A DNA stretch of 55,291 bases from NCBI GenBank assembly GCA_964492105.1, contig CAZBJB010000001.1:1-55291 (forward strand), read 5' to 3'. The notes under the pieces are model-generated. The model made no database searches, had not been told where the DNA came from, and saw only the letters and a list, made by a program, of their open reading frames with translations. Source of the DNA: an uncultured Zetaproteobacteria bacterium (GTDB lineage: Bacteria > Pseudomonadota > Zetaproteobacteria > Mariprofundales > Mariprofundaceae). Positions 8,581 to 17,043 of the stretch are shown here, one piece after another. Each line of letters starts with the position of its first letter. Within the stretch, counting starts at the first letter, position 1. The position numbers were made by a program, and so were the translations under genes.

Positions 8581-11139
8581 TTACAATTTTGCCGTACGTA
8601 GCCTGAGCGCATTGGTGATGACCGATACCGAACTGAAGCTCATCGCGGCCGCTGCGATGATCGGTGACAATAGCAACCCGAATACGGGATACAGCACCCC
8701 GGCGGCAATGGGCACACCGGCCGAATTGTACACAAACGCAAAAAACAGGTTCTGGCGGATGTTTTTCATCGTTGCGCGTGACAGCCTGCGGGCACGTACA
8801 ATGCCGGTCAGATCACCCTTAACGAGGGTGATCCCGGCGCTTTCCATGGCCACGTCCGTACCCGTGCCCATGGCAATGCCGACATGCGCCTGCGCCAATG
8901 CCGGCGCATCGTTAATGCCATCGCCAGCCATGGCCACGATCCTGCCTTCATCCTGTAGTTGCCTGATGACCGCAGCCTTCTGATCGGGCAAAACATCCGC
9001 CTCGAAGCGGTCAATGCCCAGCTTCGCCGCCACGGCGGTTGCGGTATTATGATTGTCTCCGGTCAGCATCATCACTTCGATGCCCTCTCCGTGTAATGCC
9101 TTGATGGCATCGGACGTGGACGCCTTGACCGGATCGGAAACCCCCAGCAAGCCCACCAGTTGTCCGTCCATGGCAACATACATAACCGTTTCACCACCAC
9201 GCTGGTGTTCCTCTACCTCGGCCCGGACAGTGTCTGTTTCAACATTGTTATCCCGCATCAGTTTGGCGTTGCCCAGCAGGATGACATGACCGTCCACCAT
9301 CGCGCGCACACCCTTACCGATTGTGGCCGAGAAATTCTCAACCCCTCGCAGCACCAGAGTCCGCGTTGTTGCGGCACGAACGATGGCCTCCGCCAGGGGG
9401 TGTTCACTGGCTCGTTCAATACTGGCCGCCAGACACAACAGCTCGTCTTCAGGCATGTCGCCTGTTGCCCGGACGGTGGTTACGGCCGGCTTGCCTTCGG
9501 TCACGGTGCCGGTCTTGTCCACCACGACCATATTCACCTTCTCCATGATTTCCAGTGCTTCGGCATTCCTGATCAGTACACCGGCGGTGGCGCCGCGACC
9601 GGTTCCAACCATGATGGAAATCGGTGTGGCCAACCCGAGCGCGCAGGGACAGGCGACAATCAGCACCGCCACCGCATTGATGATGGCATGCGCCAGCCTG
9701 GGCTCCGGTCCGATAAAAAACCATACGGCAAAGGAGATCAGGGCCGCACTGACCACGGCCGGCACAAAATACCCGGCGACGGTATCGGCCATCTTCTGAA
9801 TCGGTGCCCGCGAGCGCTGAGCCGCGGCGACCATGTTCACGATTTGTGACAACAGCGTGTCCGCGCCCACCTTCTCGGCACGCATCAGCAGCGAACCATG
9901 ACCATTAACCGTGGCGCCAATCAACTGTTCCCCGACAAACTTCTCCACCGGAACAGGTTCGCCGGTAACCATTGATTCATCGACATGGCCCTCGCCCCCG
10001 GTCACGACCCCGTCCACGGGCACCTTTTCGCCGGGACGGATACGCAGAATATCTCCTGCCTGCACCTCTTCCATGGGTACGTCGGTTTCAGCACCGTCCG
10101 CATGGACGCGCCGGGCTGTTTTCGGCGCCATGCCGAGTAGCAGTTTGATGGCTTCATTGGTGCGCGATCTGGCACGCAGCTCCAGCACCTGGCCGAGTAG
10201 CACCAACGCGGTGATCACCGCTGCGGCTTCGAAATAGACATCGACCAGCCCACCCTTCCGCATCAGCGGTGGAAATATTTCCGGCAACACCAGCGCAACC
10301 ACGCTATAAATCCAGGCCACGCTTACGCCGAGGCCGACCAGCGTAAACATATTCAGATTCCAGGTTTTGATGGACAGGGCAAAGCGCTCGAAGAACGGCC
10401 ATCCGCCCCACAGCACCACCGGCGTAGCCAATACAAATTCAGACCATTGCACCGCGTGCATGGAGAATCCCTCTGGCAGCCAGCCGGGGACAAGGTCGGC
10501 GACCATGGCCAGCAGAAAGAGGGGTACGGCCAGCGCCGTGCTGATCCGGAAACGCCTGGTCATGTCGATGAGTTCAGGATTTTTTTCTTCACCGGTTACC
10601 GTACGTGGTTCCAGCGCCATACCGCACTTCGGGCAATTGCCCGGCGCATCGCTGATGACCTCCTGATGCATGGGGCAAAAGTATTCGGTTTTCCGGGACA
10701 GCCGAGGCACCGCCATCGGTTCCAGCGCCATACCGCATTGTTTGCAGATGCCTGCCCCCTTCTGTTCCTGACCGGGGCACATCGGACAAAAATACATGGC
10801 TCCGGTATCATCGGCCGGAGGATGAGCTCCCGTGGATTTGGCGGCATGATGGTGTTCACACACCTGACCTTTGTTCACGTAAGCCGGCGGATTCGCCGAG
10901 AACTTGTCCAGGCACCCTTTACAACAAAAACGGTAGCTTTTATCGGCATGCCGGGTGCGATGGGGGGATTCGGGTTTGACATGCATGCCGCATACCGGAT
11001 CGATGGTGAACTGGTCGGGTTCGGATTTAAACTTTTGCACACATCGGGCGCTGCAAAAGAGCCACGTATGCCCGTCATATTCCATACCATGGGGTGAATC
11101 ATCCTGGACTGTCATTCCGCAAACAGGATCAATATTCAT
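8581..11139 (-). CDS. copA: Cu(I)-translocating P1B-type ATPase with an N-terminal array of 2 YHS/TRASH and 2 CPxC..CPxCGM metal-binding modules
   Basis: Motifs: [10 protein letters not shown] (TM6), [24 protein letters not shown] (TM7), [11 protein letters not shown] (TM8). The N-terminus carries DPVCGM twice, then [18 protein letters not shown] and [16 protein letters not shown]. The ATG at 11139 is preceded by AAGGAGAG. Confidence 0.92.
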   Translation of the reverse strand: MNIDPVCGMTVQDDSPHGMEYDGHTWLFCSARCVQKFKSEPDQFTIDPVCGMHVKPESPHRTRHADKSYRFCCKGCLDKFSANPPAYVNKGQVCEHHHAAKSTGAHPPADDTGAMYFCPMCPGQEQKGAGICKQCGMALEPMAVPRLSRKTEYFCPMHQEVISDAPGNCPKCGMALEPRTVTGEEKNPELIDMTRRFRISTALAVPLFLLAMVADLVPGWLPEGFSMHAVQWSEFVLATPVVLWGGWPFFERFALSIKTWNLNMFTLVGLGVSVAWIYSVVALVLPEIFPPLMRKGGLVDVYFEAAAVITALVLLGQVLELRARSRTNEAIKLLLGMAPKTARRVHADGAETDVPMEEVQAGDILRIRPGEKVPVDGVVTGGEGHVDESMVTGEPVPVEKFVGEQLIGATVNGHGSLLMRAEKVGADTLLSQIVNMVAAAQRSRAPIQKMADTVAGYFVPAVVSAALISFAVWFFIGPEPRLAHAIINAVAVLIVACPCALGLATPISIMVGTGRGATAGVLIRNAEALEIMEKVNMVVVDKTGTVTEGKPAVTTVRATGDMPEDELLCLAASIERASEHPLAEAIVRAATTRTLVLRGVENFSATIGKGVRAMVDGHVILLGNAKLMRDNNVETDTVRAEVEEHQRGGETVMYVAMDGQLVGLLGVSDPVKASTSDAIKALHGEGIEVMMLTGDNHNTATAVAAKLGIDRFEADVLPDQKAAVIRQLQDEGRIVAMAGDGINDAPALAQAHVGIAMGTGTDVAMESAGITLVKGDLTGIVRARRLSRATMKNIRQNLFFAFVYNSAGVPIAAGVLYPVFGLLLSPIIAAAAMSFSSVSVITNALRLRTAKL

Positions 11140-11166
11140 GGTTTCTCTCCTTGATGTGGTTCGCAT

Positions 11167-11275
11167 GATTCACGAATCGCCGTACTGTGCGTGCCTGCGT
11201 GCCTGTGCGTGCCTCCTGTGCGTGCCGCACGCAGACAGGCCGGGCCTTTGTTCACAACGGAGATTGCGGGGAAAG
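11167..11275. repeat. Family C repeat, copy b (one-ended, with an internal triple GTGCGTGCCT run)
   Basis: GATTCACGAATCGCCGTACTGTGCGTGCC...GTGCGTGCCGCACGCAGACAGGCCGGGCCTTTGTTCACAACGG is nearly identical to 29409-29483. Confidence 0.75.
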
Positions 11276-11305
11276 GGTTCGTAGCCGCAGGTGATGGCAT
11301 GGCGT

Positions 11306-13000
11306 TTAGCGTACGTAGGCATCGGCGGCATAACGGCGCATCATGCGGTGGCTGTTGAATATCGAGGCATTTTTACTGATAGCGCCCTTCATCACGGCAA
11401 TCCAGCCAGCCCGATCCCCGTGGTAAAGTGGCAGGACGACCCTTTCCAGTTTCTCATAGAGCGAGGCTGCATCACCATCGTTGTCCGCCTTTCCGCGGTC
11501 TCCGATGGCCCAGCCCGTGATCCCCTCAATGCAGCCCTCGATCCACCAGCCGTCGAGTACGGACAGATTGGGCACGCCGTTGAAGGCGGCCTTCATACCG
11601 CTGGTGCCCGAGGCCTCCATCGGTTTGAGGGGTGTGTTCAGCCATACGTCCACGCCCGAGACCATGGACAATGCAATATCCATATCGTAGTCCGGGATGT
11701 AGGCCATGGGGATGATGTCCGAGAGATCGCGCATATGATGATGTATTTCTTCAATCAGACGATGCCCTGCTTCATCCATGGGATGGGCCTTGCCCGAGAT
11801 CACGATCTGGAAGGGGTGTTCTTTGGCGATGGTCTTTAAGCGCGCCATGTCGGTAAACAGCAGATCCGCGCGCTTGTAGGCGGTCATGCGTCGGGCAAAA
11901 CCGAGGATGGGAAGTTTCGGGTTGAGTGCGAGGCCGGTGAGGGCACGAACCTTGTCGATCAAGCCCTGTCTGGCCTGGACATGTGCTTGCCAGACGGCTT
12001 CATCATCAATGCAGCAATCGACGCGTAACAGTTGCTCTGGCTCATGACACCAACCGGGGAGATGCGTATCGTAGAGTGTGCGAAAGGGTGATGATGCCCA
12101 TGTATAAGGGTGAACGCCGTTGGTGATGGCGCGCACGCGGTAGCCGGGAAACATCTTGCGCGAGACCTCGGCATGTCGTTTTGCCACGCCATTCACATAG
12201 TCGCTCAAATTCAGCGCCAGCCGGGTCATGTTGAGGCTGTCGCCGCCAGCCAGCAGTTTTAAGGTCTCCGGATCAATCATCTCACCCATGACGCGATGCA
12301 CCAGGTCGTGTGGAAACTTGTCCTGCCCGGCTTCTACCGGCGTGTGCGTGGTAAAGTTGCACATTTCGCGCACCCTGGGTACGTCATACGGGGTTTCTCC
12401 CGGTCGCAGATCATCCAGCGGATAGGCATAACGGCGCAGAAGCTCAAGGGTGAGAAGAGCGGAATGCCCTTCATTCAAGTGGTACTGACGCACATGGAAA
12501 CCAAGGGCGTTCAGTAAATCCACGCCACCGACACCGAGCACGATTTCCTGTTTAAGGCGATAGGCGGTATCGCCGCCATAGAGATGATCGGTGATCCGGC
12601 GGTCTTCCTCGTTATTTTCATCAAGGTCGGTGTCGAGCAAAAGTACCGGTTGTGTCCCGCCCATGTGGCCTTCCAGCACATACAGCCAGCCGCTCACCCA
12701 CACGTTGCGCCCTTCAATGGGGACGGTCACTTTCGCGGACAGGGGGCTGGCATATTGCGCCGGATCCCAGGGATCGGGGCTTTCACCCTGCCGACCCCGG
12801 TCATCAATCGTCTGCCGGAAATAGCCCAGACGACTGACGAGGGTGACGGCCACCATGGGCATTTCCAGATCGGCGGTTGAGCGAAGGACGTCGCCAGCCA
12901 GCACGCCGAGGCCGCCGCTATAGGTAGGGATGTCGTTTTGCAGTGCGATCTCCATTGAAAAATAGGCGATTCGCTCCTTACGAATGAACCCTCTAAGCAT
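11306..13000 (-). CDS. glgP: Alpha-glucan family phosphorylase (GT35, short form)
   Basis: YFSMEIALQNDIPTYSGGLGVLAGD at the N-terminus and the PLP-lysine region SGTSGMKAAFNGVPNLSVLDGWW. Confidence 0.9.
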   Translation of the reverse strand: MLRGFIRKERIAYFSMEIALQNDIPTYSGGLGVLAGDVLRSTADLEMPMVAVTLVSRLGYFRQTIDDRGRQGESPDPWDPAQYASPLSAKVTVPIEGRNVWVSGWLYVLEGHMGGTQPVLLLDTDLDENNEEDRRITDHLYGGDTAYRLKQEIVLGVGGVDLLNALGFHVRQYHLNEGHSALLTLELLRRYAYPLDDLRPGETPYDVPRVREMCNFTTHTPVEAGQDKFPHDLVHRVMGEMIDPETLKLLAGGDSLNMTRLALNLSDYVNGVAKRHAEVSRKMFPGYRVRAITNGVHPYTWASSPFRTLYDTHLPGWCHEPEQLLRVDCCIDDEAVWQAHVQARQGLIDKVRALTGLALNPKLPILGFARRMTAYKRADLLFTDMARLKTIAKEHPFQIVISGKAHPMDEAGHRLIEEIHHHMRDLSDIIPMAYIPDYDMDIALSMVSGVDVWLNTPLKPMEASGTSGMKAAFNGVPNLSVLDGWWIEGCIEGITGWAIGDRGKADNDGDAASLYEKLERVVLPLYHGDRAGWIAVMKGAISKNASIFNSHRMMRRYAADAYVR

Positions 13001-13065
13001 CGTTGACTCCTTCCGATCTGATATGACGTATTCGTTTAACCCGCATCATTCATGAAGTATGCAGG

Positions 13066-15162
13066 TCAAAAGAATACGGCCAGCGACCGCGTTTGCATAC
13101 GCCAGCAACCGGATTTCACCCGTTGCCGCCCGGTGTGGGGATCGCCTCCATCCTCTGGCGTGGGCTGTGAGGTGTCCAGCAACATCTGCCAGCTCCGCCC
13201 TGACGGCTGCCCTGGCAGCCGGAAGTTCACGGTTTCGATGGTGGCATTGAACAGCAGACAGAGTGCTTCGCCTGCGTCCCGACCGGCGTGGATCATGCAG
13301 CCGAGCAGGCCGCGTGGCCCGTTCCAGTCGGGGGACGCCAGATCGGGATCGAACCACCGGACTTCTTCCGGCATATAGAAACGTTCCGCCCTCAACACCG
13401 GAAACCGCCGTCGAAGATCAATCAGGACGCGTACGAAGCGGTGCAGCTCGCGGTGCTCCTCCAGTAATCCCCAGTCGTACCAGCTGATCTCGTTATCCTG
13501 GCAATAGGCGTTGTTGTTGCCACCCTGGCTACGGCGGAACTCGTCACCGCCGAGCAGCATGGGGACGCCGCGCGAGAGCAGCAGCGTCGCCAGCATGTTT
13601 TTGATCTGGCGCAGGCGTACAGCCTCTACCGCCGGATCATCGGTGCGGCCTTCGATACCGTAGTTGGCGCTGATGTTGTCATTGCATCCATCGGCACTGT
13701 CTTCGCCGTTGGCCTCGTTGTGCTTCTGCGCATAGCTCACCAGATCGTTCAGGGTGAATCCGTCGTGACAACTTATGTAATTGATGCTGTGCAGCGGTGA
13801 TTTTCCACTGTACCGGTAGATGTCGGCGCTACCGCACAGGCGGCTGGCCAGTGCGCCGGTCATGCCGGCATCGCCGCGCCAGAAGCGACGTACATCATCC
13901 CGGTAGCGACCATTCCACTCCGACCAGCGCATACCCGGAAAGCTACCCACCTGGTAGGCGCCGCCCGCATCCCAGGCTTCGGCGATCAGTTTGACGCCGA
14001 TCAGGATCGGATCCTCGGCGATACGCTCCAATAGCGGCGGATTGGGCAGCAGATCGCCGTGCTCGCCGCGACCCAGCACGGAAGCCAGATCGAAACGGAA
14101 GCCGTCCACATGCATTTCGATGACCCAGTGGCGCAGGCAATCAAGAATATAATCGCGCACCACCGGATGATTGCAGTTCAGGGTGTTGCCGGTGCCGGAA
14201 TAGTTCCTGTAGAAACGCCGGTCTTCTTCCAGCAGGTAGTAAACGGGATTATCCAGGCCGCGAAAGTTGAGCGTCGGCCCCGTGTGATTACCCTCCGCCG
14301 TATGGTTGAAGACGATATCAAGGATGACCTCAATGCCCGCCCGATGCAATTCCCGCACCATGGTCTTGAACTCGCTCACCTGACAACCCATACGGGAACG
14401 GCTGCCGTAGCCTTCCCTCGGGGCAAAAAAGACCACCGTGCTGTAGCCCCAGTAGTTGCGCAGGCGCTTACCGGTGAGCGGGTTGCGCCGCACCAGCTCG
14501 TTCGCGTGGAATTCCTGCACCGGCAACAGCTCAATGGCGGTTACGCCCAGCGACTGCAGATAGGGTATCTTCTCCACCACGCCGGGAAAGGCGCCGGGAT
14601 GGCGAACGCCGGATGAGGGATGCATGGTGAGGCCGCGGACATGGGTTTCGTAGATGATCGTTTCACACCAGGGATGGGCGGGTGGATAGTCACCCTGCCA
14701 GTCGAATGCATCGTCCGGCAACAGGCACTTGGCCTTGACGCCGGCGTCGCTTGCAATTGCCTTGGCCATGGGGCCGCATACGCTGGCGAAGTCCCAGCAA
14801 TCGGCGCCGGCAAGCGCCGTGGCATGGGGATCGAGCAGGATGTTGTGCTTGTTGAAGCGGAGCCCGTGCTCGGGTGCATCAGGGCCGTCCGCCTGCCAGG
14901 CGTAGAGTACATGTTGGCCAAGGCCGTCCACGCATATATGCCAGATATCCCCCGTGCGATTATACCGTGTATCAAGTGCGATGATCCGGGCCGGAGCCTC
15001 ATCCCGCGGACTGTCGAACAGCAGCAGGCTGATCCCGGTGGCGTGGCGGCTGAAAATAGCGAAATTGACGCCGGAACAGCCCCGATACGCACCAAGAGGC
15101 AGGGGAACGCCGGCTATCAGCTTCAGCACCATGAGATGACCGTTCGCCCGCTTAGCCTGCAT
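13066..15162 (-). CDS. glgX: Glycogen debranching enzyme GlgX
   Basis: GH13 motifs VILDIVFNHT, GFRFDLASVL, LIAEAWD, YISCHDGFTLNDL. The N-terminus PLPLGAYRGCSGVNFAIFS is typical of GlgX. An alternative start is the ATG at 15132. Confidence 0.92.
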   Translation of the reverse strand: MQAKRANGHLMVLKLIAGVPLPLGAYRGCSGVNFAIFSRHATGISLLLFDSPRDEAPARIIALDTRYNRTGDIWHICVDGLGQHVLYAWQADGPDAPEHGLRFNKHNILLDPHATALAGADCWDFASVCGPMAKAIASDAGVKAKCLLPDDAFDWQGDYPPAHPWCETIIYETHVRGLTMHPSSGVRHPGAFPGVVEKIPYLQSLGVTAIELLPVQEFHANELVRRNPLTGKRLRNYWGYSTVVFFAPREGYGSRSRMGCQVSEFKTMVRELHRAGIEVILDIVFNHTAEGNHTGPTLNFRGLDNPVYYLLEEDRRFYRNYSGTGNTLNCNHPVVRDYILDCLRHWVIEMHVDGFRFDLASVLGRGEHGDLLPNPPLLERIAEDPILIGVKLIAEAWDAGGAYQVGSFPGMRWSEWNGRYRDDVRRFWRGDAGMTGALASRLCGSADIYRYSGKSPLHSINYISCHDGFTLNDLVSYAQKHNEANGEDSADGCNDNISANYGIEGRTDDPAVEAVRLRQIKNMLATLLLSRGVPMLLGGDEFRRSQGGNNNAYCQDNEISWYDWGLLEEHRELHRFVRVLIDLRRRFPVLRAERFYMPEEVRWFDPDLASPDWNGPRGLLGCMIHAGRDAGEALCLLFNATIETVNFRLPGQPSGRSWQMLLDTSQPTPEDGGDPHTGRQRVKSGCWRMQTRSLAVFF

Positions 15163-15181
15163 TATTCATGAAGAGTCCAGG

Positions 15182-16756
15182 CTAGACCTTCCATCGCGAA
15201 TCTCCCTTTATCGATGGATTGGATGTGGCGCCATGCAGGCGGCCTTCGGCCATATCCGGGAAGAGTTGTTGCATGCCCATGGAGTGACCATTTGCCCCCA
15301 CAATACGCGCATGCCTACGGCGCAAGGCACGGGGGGCATCTACGCCGCAGGAGTGAGCAATTACCCCAAGCTCATGTGCGATATTTCGCACATAGTTCGC
15401 CACCATGACGCCCTTATCCGCAGGGTCGAGGCCACGTTGCAATCGTGGATTATGCGTGGTGATGCCCGTCGGACAGGTGTTGCGATTACATTGCATGGCT
15501 TGAATGCAACCCAGGGCAAACATAAAACCCCTCGCCGAATTGATGAAATCCGCTCCCATGCACAAAGCCCATGCCACATCAGCCGGGGTGACCAGTTTCC
15601 CGGAACAAACAACCCTGATTCTCTCCCGCAGACCATAAGCAATCAAATGGTCAACCACCATCGGCAGGCTTTCAGTCAATGGCATGCCCATATAATCCAT
15701 CAACGACTGCGGCGCCGCGCCGGTGCCGCCGTCGGCGCTATCCACGGTAATGAAATCCGGCGCCGAATCCTTGCCGCGCCGATGAATCTCCTCAAAAAGC
15801 TGATCGAGCACATCACAGTCGCCGATTACCAGTTTGAAGCCCACCGGTTTGCCCGTAACACCGCGCACGCACTCCACCATGTCCATCAGATCACCGGGGT
15901 TTCCAATATCTGTATGGCGATTCGGGCTGATTGACTCTTCGCCCTGCGGTATGCCGCGAATCTCTGCAATCTCTTCGGTGACTTTTCCTCCCGGAAGTAT
16001 GCCGCCCTTACCCGGCTTGGCCCCCTGACTGAGCTTGATTTCAAACATCCGCACCTGTTCATGGGCTGCGATTTCACGCAATCGTCCATCACAGAGGCGG
16101 CCTGCCTCATCCCTGACGCCGTACTTGGCCGTACCGATCTGAAACACAATGTCGCCACCCCCCTCCAGATGCCAACGGGAGAGGCCACCTTCCCCTGTAT
16201 TGAGCCAGCAGCCGGACAACACCGCTCCCTGAGACAGCGCCTGCACAGCCACTCTGGAGAGCGCACCATAGCTCATCGCCGAAATGTTGAAAATACTTTG
16301 CGCCTGATAAGGATGCAGGCATTCCGGGCCGATGGTCACGGGTGCAACCGGAGCGAACTCCTCCGGCAGCTTCGGAAACGGGCTGTTGACGAAATATACG
16401 GTTCCAGGCGGGTGGAGATCACGTGTCGATCCAAAGGCCGCGGTATGCACTTCATTTCTGGCCGCACGGTAGACCCACTCCCGCTGCGTCCGGTTAAACG
16501 GCATCTCCTCACGGTCCATGGCAAAGAAATATTGCCTGAAAAAGACGCCCAAATGCTCAAACCAGCTGCGGAAACGCCCAATGAGCGGATAATTATGGCG
16601 GATAGCATGCCTGGTCTGCATGACATCCACGATGAACATGAGCAACCCCGCCAGCAGAATCAGCGCAAACAGCAGCACCAGCCCCGCCAGCAGCCAGTGC
16701 GTGAACCCGTCCATCCAATTGATCATTTCAGGGTTTCTGTGCATCATCACACCCAC
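15182..16756 (-). CDS. Membrane-anchored FMN-binding glutamate-synthase-domain (GltB domain 2-like) protein
   Basis: An N-terminal TM helix LLAGLVLLFALILLAGLLMFIV, then FNISAMSYGALS, LNTGEGGL, GAKPGKGGILPG and TVDSADGGTGAAP, typical of the glutamate synthase FMN domain family. Confidence 0.8.
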   Translation of the reverse strand: MGVMMHRNPEMINWMDGFTHWLLAGLVLLFALILLAGLLMFIVDVMQTRHAIRHNYPLIGRFRSWFEHLGVFFRQYFFAMDREEMPFNRTQREWVYRAARNEVHTAAFGSTRDLHPPGTVYFVNSPFPKLPEEFAPVAPVTIGPECLHPYQAQSIFNISAMSYGALSRVAVQALSQGAVLSGCWLNTGEGGLSRWHLEGGGDIVFQIGTAKYGVRDEAGRLCDGRLREIAAHEQVRMFEIKLSQGAKPGKGGILPGGKVTEEIAEIRGIPQGEESISPNRHTDIGNPGDLMDMVECVRGVTGKPVGFKLVIGDCDVLDQLFEEIHRRGKDSAPDFITVDSADGGTGAAPQSLMDYMGMPLTESLPMVVDHLIAYGLRERIRVVCSGKLVTPADVAWALCMGADFINSARGFMFALGCIQAMQCNRNTCPTGITTHNPRLQRGLDPADKGVMVANYVRNIAHELGVIAHSCGVDAPRALRRRHARIVGANGHSMGMQQLFPDMAEGRLHGATSNPSIKGDSRWKV

Positions 16757-16795
16757 ATTGCCTCTTTAGCATGAACTAATTATGAACTAATTTAT

Positions 16796-17040
16796 AAATG
16801 TAGCCATACCCAGCGGCTGCAAATAAGGGATATTCTCCACCATGCCAGGCAAGATGCCGGGATGGCGAACGCTGGATGAGGTGTGCATGATGCGGCTGCG
16901 GGCACGGGTGTCGTGGATGCTCGTTTCGCGTCAGGGATGAGCGGGCGCCACCGCAATCGAATGCGCCGTCCGACACCAGGCAACTCGACCTCGATCCCGG
17001 CATCACTTAAGATCGCCTTCACGACGGGATCGCATGTGTA
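16796..17040 (-). pseudogene. Decayed internal fragment of a glgX paralogue
   Basis: These roughly 245 nt align by eye to glgX nt about 14545-14790. About three quarters of positions are identical, and there are a 9-nt gap and frame disruptions. Compare KAILSDAGIEV with glgX KAIASDAGVKA, and in a shifted frame PHPAFAIPA..AWWR...ICSRW in both. Confidence 0.8.
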
Positions 17041-17043
17041 GCT

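Noticed and set aside
11185-11225. The triple GTGCGTGCCT run and dispersed repeats considered as a possible CRISPR array.
   Set aside because: There are no regularly spaced identical repeats with unique spacers. These are an internal micro-duplication of a family C element and dispersed TIR-bounded elements.
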